Shown here piece after piece: positions 1-8,604 of a stretch of DNA of 22,089 nucleotides. Every line of letters starts with the position of its first letter. The stretch's first letter is position 1. Source of the stretch: Methanobacteriota archaeon (lineage in GTDB: Archaea > Thermoplasmatota > E2 > DHVEG-1); assembly GCA_963769885.1 (NCBI GenBank), contig CAVYNH010000002.1:1-22089 (forward strand). Reading direction: 5' to 3'. Position numbers and translations under genes: made by a program. The notes under the pieces were generated by a model that was given only the letters and a program-made list of their open reading frames with translations, was not told the DNA's origin and ran no database searches.

Positions 1-761
1 CATATAATCCCTTGTTTTATGCCGTTGATTTCTTGGTATATCACCGGTGATTTCTCGGAAAATAGACCAAACCGGGTCTCTATCGCAAGGTCACCATCTG
101 ATGTTACCCTCATGTTATCAACACCATCATATCGAATAAGAATCGTATCTGGGTCTCCACCAGAATAGACAATGAAATCGTATTTCAACGTGTTCTCAAT
201 GAAATGGTACTGTAAATCAATTCCAGGGTAGATACCCTTGTACACAACCTCTTGGTAATTCGGAACATCGGTATACCACTTCTCAGGGTTATTTCCAATG
301 AAATAGTTGTTATTGTTAGGAAGTCGACGCTCACCGGTAACGACTGCACTGGGGTTTGCGCCAACAAACTCCGCGACCGTAGAAATCATCTCCATCTGTT
401 GCGGTTCTCTTACTTGTATTCGTTCCATCGGGTTTTTGTTATCCTTCAAATCGGCACTCTTAGAATCGTTTAATTCTCTGGTGAACACTGAGACGATTTT
501 GTTCTTGCAGAGATAGACGGTTGCCCCGGGGGCATGCGTCTGAAACAGTACTTCTTCCGGGAATTGGCCTTTATTCTCTGTAAAATACATTGAGGCTGCT
601 AGGGCTTGCTCGAGAATTTTTTCTCTTTGCAAGTTTTTGTTCTCGACAACTCCGGCACCATACATTTCTTTAATACCCATGATGCTCGGCATAACACTTG
701 CTCCAAGGAATAAGATTATTATTCCAAACACTAGCCCTTTCATAAATAGATTATTTTTCAT
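1..761 (-). CDS. Secreted protein with the N-terminal domain typical of SBBP beta-propeller surface proteins (DUF7948-like); 3' part runs off the window
   Basis: Not in the ORF track. Manual translation from ATG 761 is open to the window edge: MKNNLFMKGLVFGIIILFLGASVMP (signal peptide)...YFTENKGQFPEEVLF...NNYFIGNNPEKWYTDVPNYQEVVYKGIYPGIDLQY...LKYDFIVYSGGDP...GDLAIETRFG...PVIYQ. These motifs are characteristic of that domain. Confidence 0.8.
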   Translation of the reverse strand, partial: MKNNLFMKGLVFGIIILFLGASVMPSIMGIKEMYGAGVVENKNLQREKILEQALAASMYFTENKGQFPEEVLFQTHAPGATVYLCKNKIVSVFTRELNDSKSADLKDNKNPMERIQVREPQQMEMISTVAEFVGANPSAVVTGERRLPNNNNYFIGNNPEKWYTDVPNYQEVVYKGIYPGIDLQYHFIENTLKYDFIVYSGGDPDTILIRYDGVDNMRVTSDGDLAIETRFGLFSEKSPVIYQEINGIKQGII

Positions 762-965
762 TTTCCTCTTTGCCTCCCCAAATAAAGATTTTACGCTAAT
801 CATCATCCGAGAAAAGTATATGAATATTTCGATACAAATTTTATTGCAACGAATGTTATGAAAATTTAAGACTGGAAAGCCTGCCGAGAACCACCCAGCA
901 TGAGAAAAGGGCGTTCTCTGGAAACCTTAATCTGCCATATACCAGGTATGGATACCCCCGTCATT

Positions 966-2315
966 TTATTCCCAAGACGCGTACCCCGAGGGATTCCCAG
1001 GGACCCATTCCGGGGGAACACGGTACGCTCGATAGATCTGCTGAACCCTGGTGGGGGTCGTGTACTCCCACACGACTTTCGAGGTGTTGGTGACCTCAAT
1101 GACCCGCCCGTTCGTCGCCTCAGTGATTAACGTGTTTCCATTGGGTAACCGCTGGGCAGAACTCATGTAGAAGCTGTACAGCTTATGGTTGTCACCGGTA
1201 CGGGGGATCAACCAGTGCAAGACACGATGGGAGTACTGCCAGACGATGTCGTAGGTCACGGGGTTGAACTCGATCACGCGGGACCACAGCCTGCAGTTCC
1301 GTGGCATCCCGAAATACCCGTATCCCGCCATGCCACCATTATCGAATAGCAGGATGTTGCCTTCCCCAGGAAGCCCTTGGGGAATCATGTGCGCGTGATG
1401 CAAACCGATGAGTTGACCAAGTTTTCGGCCAGCCTCGGTGTTCTTGAAATCAGGGCCGACCCTCCAGACGATATCCCCGGTGTCTCGACTGATGATGGCA
1501 AGAAAATTGGTATTCCGCGTACTGATGATAATGTTCTGGGGGTTGAAGCAGGAGTACGTGACCGGGTCTGTGGAGTACCATTTGTTGGGGCCGAGCAGTG
1601 ACATGGAGTTGGTGTGGAGGAGATCCCCGTCGCCGAGGACGCCGGGATTCACATAGATCCCATGTTTTATCTCCGCAGTAAAGCCGAATTGGTTGAAATG
1701 TTCCGAGGCACGCCACACAAACCCGGTGGGAGTCCCATTCCAGTCAATCTCGTAGATGATATCATCGGCAAACGGCCTTCTGCTGATGCTTGTATTAAAG
1801 ACTTCATGGTGGGCAAGAATCAAGGTTTTTCCTTGAGGGACAAAGTCCTGACCGGGGGCATAGTAGCCGACTGGGTTTCCCTCGCGCTCAAAATCATGAT
1901 GCTGCCGGGCTCGGTTATCCTCCCAGCCGTGGTAACTCCAGACGATGCTCCCGTTCCAGGCGATCTCATTGAGAGACGTAAAATCGCCGATCCCATCAAT
2001 GCCGCATAACCGGTACTCGCTCCCTGCAAGGATGGATCCTCCCGGCAGCATCTTCGCAGGCTGTGAGAAGAACGACGGCCAGCGATGGATCACGGTTCCG
2101 TTCATGTCCACCAGGATGGTCTGCGTGAATCGACTCAGCAACGTATATCCATCGCAACACCCTTGAGAATGGACCGATACGAATCCGGGTGTGCCCGCAT
2201 TTTCCTGAAGAGAAGGCAAAGGGGCTCCAGCATTCCCGTAGGACAAAACGGGGAGGAGCACAATGAGACACAGGACCATCGTGAATCGTCCGCCCTTAAA
2301 TCTCGATGCCGCCAT
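966..2315 (-). CDS. Secreted aryl-sulfate sulfotransferase (ASST, PAPS-independent)
   Basis: 449 aa with a hydrophobic N-terminus. Motifs QHHD, HTNS, STRN, HHAH, LLFDNG, SRVIEF and SSAQRLPNGNTLITE match the ASST His/Asn/Arg catalytic pattern. Confidence 0.88.
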   Translation of the reverse strand: MAASRFKGGRFTMVLCLIVLLPVLSYGNAGAPLPSLQENAGTPGFVSVHSQGCCDGYTLLSRFTQTILVDMNGTVIHRWPSFFSQPAKMLPGGSILAGSEYRLCGIDGIGDFTSLNEIAWNGSIVWSYHGWEDNRARQHHDFEREGNPVGYYAPGQDFVPQGKTLILAHHEVFNTSISRRPFADDIIYEIDWNGTPTGFVWRASEHFNQFGFTAEIKHGIYVNPGVLGDGDLLHTNSMSLLGPNKWYSTDPVTYSCFNPQNIIISTRNTNFLAIISRDTGDIVWRVGPDFKNTEAGRKLGQLIGLHHAHMIPQGLPGEGNILLFDNGGMAGYGYFGMPRNCRLWSRVIEFNPVTYDIVWQYSHRVLHWLIPRTGDNHKLYSFYMSSAQRLPNGNTLITEATNGRVIEVTNTSKVVWEYTTPTRVQQIYRAYRVPPEWVPGNPSGYASWE

Positions 2316-2355
2316 GATATTCCTCTTAGGAAGGATAGGAAAATAATCCTCATTC

Positions 2356-2365
2356 TAATATAAAA
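2356..2365 (-). promoter_or_regulatory. TATA box for the ASST gene
   Basis: TTTTATATTA on the minus strand, ~40 nt upstream of ATG 2315, with A-rich BRE-like sequence upstream. Confidence 0.5.
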
Positions 2366-2485
2366 TATTTCTTACGAACGAAGAAACCTGAGTTTCGTAC
2401 TTAAATAGAGAAAGTGGGAAACTTCGACTGGTCAGCAACATCCAAGAAGAGGCACGGCGATACGTCGAGTGTGAGGTGAATCCGT

Positions 2486-2710
2486 TTGAGCCGCCTGGAC
2501 TCTCTCTATAGCCTTATGCGTCGATTGAAATATCCTGAGTTCATCTGGATGTTTTTCCTCATCATCTATGGAGTATCTGCCCTTGTCGCCGTCGTGTCCG
2601 ACCGACTAGGGGTTCATGGGTCTGCACAGATGCTTTTGGGTCTTGTCGTATTGATTATCATGATGGCCCTGAGCGTGTTTCTCTTGCTCTTGTTTCTCAT
2701 CAAAAGTTGA
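2486..2710 (+). CDS. Small hypothetical membrane protein (2 predicted TM helices)
   Basis: 74 aa. TTG start preceded by SD-like GAGGTGA; two long hydrophobic segments (FIWMFFLIIYGVSALVAVV; MLLGLVVLIIMMALSVFLLLLFLI). Confidence 0.55.
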   Translation: MSRLDSLYSLMRRLKYPEFIWMFFLIIYGVSALVAVVSDRLGVHGSAQMLLGLVVLIIMMALSVFLLLLFLIKS

Positions 2711-2755
2711 AAAAGTGGGGCCAGGAAGGCCGATTTCCATGCGTTTTGTAGCAAA

Positions 2756-2764
2756 TTATAAATA
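2756..2764 (+). promoter_or_regulatory. TATA box upstream of the ACT-like gene
   Basis: TTATAAATA preceded by GCAAA, at the left edge of the C-rich segment. Confidence 0.5.
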
Positions 2765-2775
2765 GGCTAACACCT

Positions 2776-2797
2776 ATATTCCCACAATATTCCCACA
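2776..2797 (+). repeat. Perfect 11-bp tandem repeat ATATTCCCACA x2 (possible operator)
   Basis: Copies at 2776-2786 and 2787-2797, starting 12 nt downstream of the TATA box. Confidence 0.75.
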
Positions 2798-2959
2798 AAC
2801 TCAGGGGGACCATCCCGATGACGACACCACCCACCACCAAACCCGCGAGCGCCACCACCGCGCCTCGTGATCGCCTTCATCCCTAACCCCACCTCCATCC
2901 TGGAAATTTTGAAAAACACCTCCGCGGCCCCAGCGGACGCACGGACCAGGAGTACCACC

Positions 2960-3286
2960 ATGACCCCGGACCCTAAAAAAACAATCCACCTCGACATCGA
3001 GTTCGACGGCAGCCCCCGCAGCCTCGCCCAGATCGCCACCATCCTCGACAAGACCCGCATCAAGATCATCTCCTCCTTCTCCCACCGCAGCCTCCAGCGA
3101 AACAGCACCCGCTGGGGCATCATTGCCGACACCACCCCCTCGCCCTACGGCCTCCAAGAGATCCAAGCCACCCTCGCCCAGCTTCCCGAAATCTACAACG
3201 TCACCATCACCACCGCCACCCAAGGCCGCTTCATCTGCAAGGTCCCCCCCTTCCCGGAAACGACTTCGTTTGCACCACCGTACTAG
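2960..3286 (+). CDS. Stand-alone ACT-like domain protein (108 aa)
   Basis: In frame with track ORF 2867..3286; ATG 2960 has an AGGAG SD. The pattern IHLDIEFDGSPRSLAQIATILDKTRIKIISSFS...LQEIQATLAQLPEIYNVTI fits the beta-alpha-beta-beta-alpha-beta ACT fold. Confidence 0.6.
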   Translation: MTPDPKKTIHLDIEFDGSPRSLAQIATILDKTRIKIISSFSHRSLQRNSTRWGIIADTTPSPYGLQEIQATLAQLPEIYNVTITTATQGRFICKVPPFPETTSFAPPY

Positions 3287-3326
3287 AGTTGGAGAAGATG
3301 CAAGAAAAAGGAGGCACTTATCGGGA

Positions 3327-4346
3327 TTAGGTTAATTCACCCTTCCGCTTCGTAATAGTGTCCAACGCCTCTTTCATCTCTTTCTTATCGAAGGATCGGG
3401 CAGCGCCCTGCTCCTCTTCTTTTTTCGGCGCGGCAAGCCCCAGGTAGACCTCAGGCGTCTTCCACACAAACTCAGGGATAAGCACCGGCATCTCCCTCCC
3501 CGGCACCATCAAGGGATCCAGCTTCCCCCCCATCTCAGCACCGATGAACCGCTCCTGCTTGAACTGCTTACTCAACAGCTTGGTATGGAGAAAAACCGGC
3601 CGCGGATAATACACATCCCGGCGGAACAACGTGTTAAAGAACCCCTGCGCCTGCTGCACCGGGAACTGGTACCACCGCCCCGGGTACGCCAAATGCACCG
3701 GCCCCTGGTACGAATGGCTATCGACCTCCCCGTAAAAAAATCGGTACTGGTCGACCTTAAAGAACCGCGGCTCCGGCCCCTGAATCGGCCACAGCTTCGA
3801 CAGGAACTTGAAATCTTTCGTCGCCACGTTAAAGCCCGTCACATTCACCACCGACTTCGACACGATCAAATCATGGAACCGCGGGGTTCCGAACCGCGGC
3901 AGCAACCACATATCCGCGTCCCACTTCGGCGCCACATGCGAGAACCGGGTCTTTGACATCCCCCAGTTCGTGTAATACGAAAAAATATGCACCGATGCGT
4001 CCCCCGGGAACTGGGGGTACATGATGCGCTCGAACTTCCGCTTCGGGGTCCGATCCGTCACCTTCGCAAACGAAAACGGATACCGCAACAGCCGCAGCTT
4101 CGGCGACCGAAAACTCTTCACAATCTCCTCGGTCCGATCCCCCTCCTTCTCCGTCATCGTCACCAGAATCTCATCGCACAACGGCAGCATGCTCTCCAGA
4201 CACGGCCCAATCCACCGCTCCTCCCCAAAGCAACGGATGACCACAGACAACCCAGGTTTCCTATGCTTGTACCACTCTGGGTCTATGTTAAAATCCGAAT
4301 ACCCCTCCGTATTCTCCAAAATCATCTCACTAGGATGAAGCGGCAT
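3327..4346 (-). CDS. GT-A/GT2 glycosyltransferase, CgtA (beta-1,4-GalNAc transferase)-like; paralog A
   Basis: GLSVVIRCFGEERWIGPCLES...DEILV...DRTEEI GT2 N-terminus, RYPF...SYYTNW and KWDADM DxD motif. AGGAG SD before ATG 4346. Confidence 0.8.
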   Translation of the reverse strand: MPLHPSEMILENTEGYSDFNIDPEWYKHRKPGLSVVIRCFGEERWIGPCLESMLPLCDEILVTMTEKEGDRTEEIVKSFRSPKLRLLRYPFSFAKVTDRTPKRKFERIMYPQFPGDASVHIFSYYTNWGMSKTRFSHVAPKWDADMWLLPRFGTPRFHDLIVSKSVVNVTGFNVATKDFKFLSKLWPIQGPEPRFFKVDQYRFFYGEVDSHSYQGPVHLAYPGRWYQFPVQQAQGFFNTLFRRDVYYPRPVFLHTKLLSKQFKQERFIGAEMGGKLDPLMVPGREMPVLIPEFVWKTPEVYLGLAAPKKEEEQGAARSFDKKEMKEALDTITKRKGELT

Positions 4347-4426
4347 CACGATACTCCTAGAAATCTCTCACAACGCCCGGACCGACCGACGCACATTGCT
4401 CTGAGCCGATCCCATCACCCTGACGT

Positions 4427-4434
4427 TATTTAAA
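4427..4434 (-). promoter_or_regulatory. TATA box for GT paralog A in the divergent intergenic region
   Basis: TTTAAATA on the minus strand, ~80 nt upstream of ATG 4346. Confidence 0.4.
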
Positions 4435-4528
4435 CATTCTCCACACGTCCCCCCTCGACGCAAACAACGCACCATGCATCGAAGAGAACAAAAGTTCTTA
4501 GAATCCGAATGATTACCAGTGCACTGCA

Positions 4529-5482
4529 ATGCCGCTGAACCGCTGCCCCATGATCCTGGAGAACACCGAAGGATACTCCGACTACAACATCCGCGACGAC
4601 TGGTACACCCACCGCACCCCCGGCCTCTCCATCGTCCTGCGCTGCTACGGCGAAGAACGCTGGATCGGCCCCTGCCTCCAAAGCGTCCTCCCCCTCTTCG
4701 ACGAAATCCTCATCACCCTCACCGACAAAGAAGGCGACCGCACCGAAGCCATCGCCAACAGCTTCCACTCCCCCAAAATCCGCATCCTCAAATACCCCTT
4801 CAAAATCAACACCATCACCACCAAAACCTACGGCACCAAACGACAACACATCTTCCACAAAAAATACCCGGGCGCCCCCTCCGTCCACAGCTTCTCCTAC
4901 TACACCAACTGGGGCATGGCCCAAACCCACCACACCCACGTCAGCCCAAAATGGGACGCCGACATGCTCCTCCTCCCCCACTACGCCACCACCGACTTCA
5001 AACACCTCATCCTCACCAAATCCATGGTCTACGTCCTCGGCTACAACGTCGCCACCCCCGACCTCCGCTACCTCTCCAAACTCTGGCCCCTCATCGGCCC
5101 CGAACAACGCTTCTTCAAAGTCGACAAATACCGCTACCACATCGGCGAAGTCGACGAACTCACCTACCAAGGCATCGTCAAGCTCGGCTACCCCGCCCGC
5201 TGGCAACAATTCCCCATCCAACAAACCCAATGCCTCTTCAACGCCCTCCTCCACCGCGACATCTACTACCCCACCCCCATCTTCATCCACACCAAACTCC
5301 TCAAAAACACCCACGACGACGGCCGCTTCGTCGGCAAACGCCTCTACGACACCCAATACCCCGGCTGGTGGCAAACCCTCCGCGACCAAACCCACCCCGG
5401 CAACCCCACCCCCACCCCCATCCCACCCTTCTTCCACAACCCCCCAGAAACCTACCTCAACCATACCCCCACCACACCATAA
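4529..5482 (+). CDS. GT-A/GT2 glycosyltransferase, CgtA-like; paralog B
   Basis: 317 aa with the same motifs as paralog A (GLSIVLRCYGEERWIGPCL, KYPF, SYYTNW, KWDADM). 38 of the first 52 residues are identical to paralog A. Confidence 0.8.
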   Translation: MPLNRCPMILENTEGYSDYNIRDDWYTHRTPGLSIVLRCYGEERWIGPCLQSVLPLFDEILITLTDKEGDRTEAIANSFHSPKIRILKYPFKINTITTKTYGTKRQHIFHKKYPGAPSVHSFSYYTNWGMAQTHHTHVSPKWDADMLLLPHYATTDFKHLILTKSMVYVLGYNVATPDLRYLSKLWPLIGPEQRFFKVDKYRYHIGEVDELTYQGIVKLGYPARWQQFPIQQTQCLFNALLHRDIYYPTPIFIHTKLLKNTHDDGRFVGKRLYDTQYPGWWQTLRDQTHPGNPTPTPIPPFFHNPPETYLNHTPTTP

Positions 5483-5527
5483 TCTTTTCATACCACCCAA
5501 CGAATAAACCCCAACCCGGGGGAGACC

Positions 5528-7321
5528 ATGCCACGCACCCTCATCCAAAAAATCTTCGCCACCCACACAAAAGACCCCGCCACCGTCGACGCCATCATCG
5601 AACTCGCCATCGACCTCAGAACCGCCCGCGACTTCGGCGGCGCCAACGTCGTCAAACACCTCCAAGACCACCACCTCACCCCCCAAGACCCCACCAAAAC
5701 CCTCTTCACCTTCGACTGCAACCCCGGCGGCTGCGACCAAAAATACGCCATCAACCAACACCTCTGCCGCCAATACGCCCGCACCCACCACATCCCCATC
5801 ACCGACATCAACCAAGGCATCGGCACCCACCTCGTCATCGACCACCACCTCATCACACCGGGCGACACCTTCGTCTCCACCGACAGCCACGCCAACATCC
5901 TCGGCGCCATCGGCGCCTTCGGCCAAGGCATGGGCGACATCGACATCGCCTACGCTTTCGCCCACGGCACCACCTGGTTCAAAGTCCCCCCCACCACACG
6001 CCTCACCCTCAAAGGAACACCCAGCCCCCACGCCACCGCCAAAGACGTCACCCTCAAACTCGCCAAAGACCTCGGCGCCAACGGCCTCCTCGGCTCCGCC
6101 GCCGAACTGACCGGCCCCTACACCGACCGCCTCACCCTCGACCAACGCATCACCATCGCCTCCATGGGCACCGAAATGGGCGCCATCGCCCTCCTCCTCA
6201 CCCCCAACAAACCCATCATCGACTACTACCATCACTCCCACCACCACACCATCCCCCCACTCGCCCCAGACCCAGACGCGACCTATAACCAAATCGTCAC
6301 TATCGATATCAACGGCCTGACCCCCCAACTCTCCCGTCCCGGCCACCCCGAAGACGTCACCAGCGTCCACGACTGCGAAGGCACCCCAATCGACTCCGGC
6401 TTCATCGGCTCCTGCACCAACGGCCGACTCGAAGACCTCAGAGCCGCCGCCGCCATCCTCAAGGGACGGCACATCGCACCCGGCCGCATCCTCAAAATCG
6501 TCCCCGCCACCGACGACATCTGGAACACCTGCCTCCAGGAAGGCCTCCTTAAAATCTTCAAGAACGCCGGCGCCCTCATCGGCTCCGCCGGCTGCGCCGG
6601 CTGCGCCGCCGGACAGATCGGCCAGACCGGCGCCGGCGAAGTCACGGTCTCCACCGGCAACCGCAACTTCACCGGCAAACAAGGCAAAGGAGACATCTAC
6701 CTCGCCTCCCCCCAGACCGCCGCCGCCAGCCTCATCGCCGGCTATATCACCACCGCCGATGCCATCCCCCGGTCCCCCGCGCCACTCCCGCAAAGCACCC
6801 CACCAGCCATCCAGAAGAAACCAGAATCAGCCAAGCATCCATCCCTACAACTGCAGGGGAAAGCCTGGGTCATCAATCAGGATAACATCGACACCGACGC
6901 CATCTACCACAACCGCCACCTCACCGTCACCAACATCGCTGAAATGGGCCAGTTCACCTTCGCCAGCTTCAAAGGCTACGAACAGTTCTCCAAAAACGCG
7001 GCCCCCGGCGACATCGTCGTCACCGGTAAGAATTTCGGCTGCGGCAGCAGCCGCCAACAGGCAGTCGACTGTTTCAAGTCCCTAGGCATCAGCCTCATCA
7101 TCGCCGACTCCTTCGGCGCCATCTACGAACGCAACGCCATCAACAGTGCCTTCCCCATCTTCACCCTCCGCAACGCCACCGCCTCCATCGCCACCGGCGA
7201 CCACCTCACCGTCGACCTCACCACCGGCACCATCATAAACACAACCACAGGAACTCGGCTGCAGGCCAAACCTTTTTCCCAGGTACAACGCTCCATCTAC
7301 GAACGAGGAGGACTCCTGTAA
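5528..7321 (+). CDS. Aconitase-family (LeuC/HacA + LeuD/HacB) large-small subunit fusion with an atypical active site
   Basis: 597 aa: STDSH, NMG-like SMGTEMGA, GSCTNGR, GCAGC (three Fe-S Cys) and STGNRNF. A Pro-rich linker leads to a swivel domain with DNIDTD and GKNFGCGSSR. Confidence 0.88.
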   Translation: MPRTLIQKIFATHTKDPATVDAIIELAIDLRTARDFGGANVVKHLQDHHLTPQDPTKTLFTFDCNPGGCDQKYAINQHLCRQYARTHHIPITDINQGIGTHLVIDHHLITPGDTFVSTDSHANILGAIGAFGQGMGDIDIAYAFAHGTTWFKVPPTTRLTLKGTPSPHATAKDVTLKLAKDLGANGLLGSAAELTGPYTDRLTLDQRITIASMGTEMGAIALLLTPNKPIIDYYHHSHHHTIPPLAPDPDATYNQIVTIDINGLTPQLSRPGHPEDVTSVHDCEGTPIDSGFIGSCTNGRLEDLRAAAAILKGRHIAPGRILKIVPATDDIWNTCLQEGLLKIFKNAGALIGSAGCAGCAAGQIGQTGAGEVTVSTGNRNFTGKQGKGDIYLASPQTAAASLIAGYITTADAIPRSPAPLPQSTPPAIQKKPESAKHPSLQLQGKAWVINQDNIDTDAIYHNRHLTVTNIAEMGQFTFASFKGYEQFSKNAAPGDIVVTGKNFGCGSSRQQAVDCFKSLGISLIIADSFGAIYERNAINSAFPIFTLRNATASIATGDHLTVDLTTGTIINTTTGTRLQAKPFSQVQRSIYERGGLL

Positions 7322-7335
7322 GGAGGTATACGTTT

Positions 7336-8604
7336 ATGGGTAAGACATTCGCTGAAAAAATCCTCGCCCACTACGGGAAAAAAGACGATGTGGTCCCAGG
7401 AGAGATCGTGACCGTCCACCCGGACCATCTTCTCATGCACGACAACGCCGCACCAATCATCAAGAAGATCACCGCCGATCTTGACTCCTACGGTATCTGC
7501 GCACCAAACCTCCCTATTATCGTCCTCGACCATGTCATCCCTGCAGTCGATGAGAAGACTGCGACTAATCATCAGTTGATTCGTGGGTTCGTCAACAAAT
7601 ACAACCTCCCCTTTTTCTACGATGTCGGCGAAGGCGTGTGCCATCAGATCGTCGTCGAAAAAGGACTCGCCCTCCCCGGGACGCTCCTGCTGGGAAGCGA
7701 TAGCCATACCTGCAGCTATGGAGCCGTCGGTGCGTTTTCTACCGGCATCGATCGGACCGAGGCCGCCGCCCTCTTGCTCACGGGTGAGACCTGGCTGAAG
7801 GTCCCGAAGAGCATCCGCGTCAACCTTAACGGGATGATGCAGCCTATGGTCTGTGCCAAGGATGTCGTCCTCTGGATTATTGGGCAGCTCGGCGCGAGTG
7901 GTGCCGACTACTGCTCGGTCGAATACCATGGGGATATCGCCCAGTTCTCCGTTGATGATCGGTTCGCCATCGCCAACATGGGCGTCGAGATGGGGGCGAA
8001 GAACGCCGTGTTCCCCGTAGATAAGATTACCACGAAATATCTCCGCGGCATTGGCATAGAGGCCTCGAAATATACCCCGGTTTCTCCTGACCACGACGCC
8101 GGGTATGCGTCCACATTGGATGTTCCTCTCGAAGAGATCCCGCCGATGGTCGCGGTCCCTCATCATGTCGACACGGTCAAACCGGTCACTGAGGTCGCCG
8201 GCATCGCCATCCAGCAGTGCTTGTTGGGGACTTGCACGAACGGGCGGCTGTCTGATCTTCGGGTTGCTGCGCGGGTGCTGAAGGGCAAGACTGTGCATAA
8301 GGGCGTCCGTCTCTTGGTGCTGCCGGCATCGCGGCAGGTCTATCTGGATGCGGTTAAGGAGGGCTACATTGATGTCCTCGTCAAGGCTGGTGGGCTGGTG
8401 CTGCCGCCCGGGTGTGGTCCCTGTCTGGGGGCGCATCAGGGGGTGTTGGCGCCGGGTGAACGGTGCCTGAGTACGTCGAATCGGAATTTTAAGGGTCGGA
8501 TGGGCTGCAAGGACGCGGAAATCTATCTGGCGGGTCCGGCGACGGTCGCCGCCTCGGCTATCCATGGGGTCATCACGGACCCGCGTGCGGAGGTGAAGCC
8601 ATGA
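7336..8604 (+). CDS. leuC: 3-isopropylmalate dehydratase/homoaconitase-type large subunit (LeuC/HacA family; substrate not determinable)
   Basis: 422 aa with canonical MHD, LDH, GVCHQ, DSHT, CTNGR, CGPCLG and STSNRNFKGRMG. AGGAGGT SD at 7321. Confidence 0.9.
   Translation: MGKTFAEKILAHYGKKDDVVPGEIVTVHPDHLLMHDNAAPIIKKITADLDSYGICAPNLPIIVLDHVIPAVDEKTATNHQLIRGFVNKYNLPFFYDVGEGVCHQIVVEKGLALPGTLLLGSDSHTCSYGAVGAFSTGIDRTEAAALLLTGETWLKVPKSIRVNLNGMMQPMVCAKDVVLWIIGQLGASGADYCSVEYHGDIAQFSVDDRFAIANMGVEMGAKNAVFPVDKITTKYLRGIGIEASKYTPVSPDHDAGYASTLDVPLEEIPPMVAVPHHVDTVKPVTEVAGIAIQQCLLGTCTNGRLSDLRVAARVLKGKTVHKGVRLLVLPASRQVYLDAVKEGYIDVLVKAGGLVLPPGCGPCLGAHQGVLAPGERCLSTSNRNFKGRMGCKDAEIYLAGPATVAASAIHGVITDPRAEVKP

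Noticed and set aside
5395-5482. C-rich runs as a tandem repeat or CRISPR-like array
   Set aside because: No fixed repeat unit or spacers; it is the coding 3' end of GT paralog B. No CRISPR array was seen anywhere in the window.
6220-6252. His-rich tract YYHHSHHHT in the aconitase fusion
   Set aside because: It sits in a variable region and is explained by the local C/A bias favouring CAC; no evidence of a metal-binding role.
4430-6793. 787-aa minus-strand ORF and 589-aa alternative-frame ORF 4519..6288
   Set aside because: Low-complexity G/V/D/E or P/H/R shadows of real genes; the extreme C/A skew removes stop codons.
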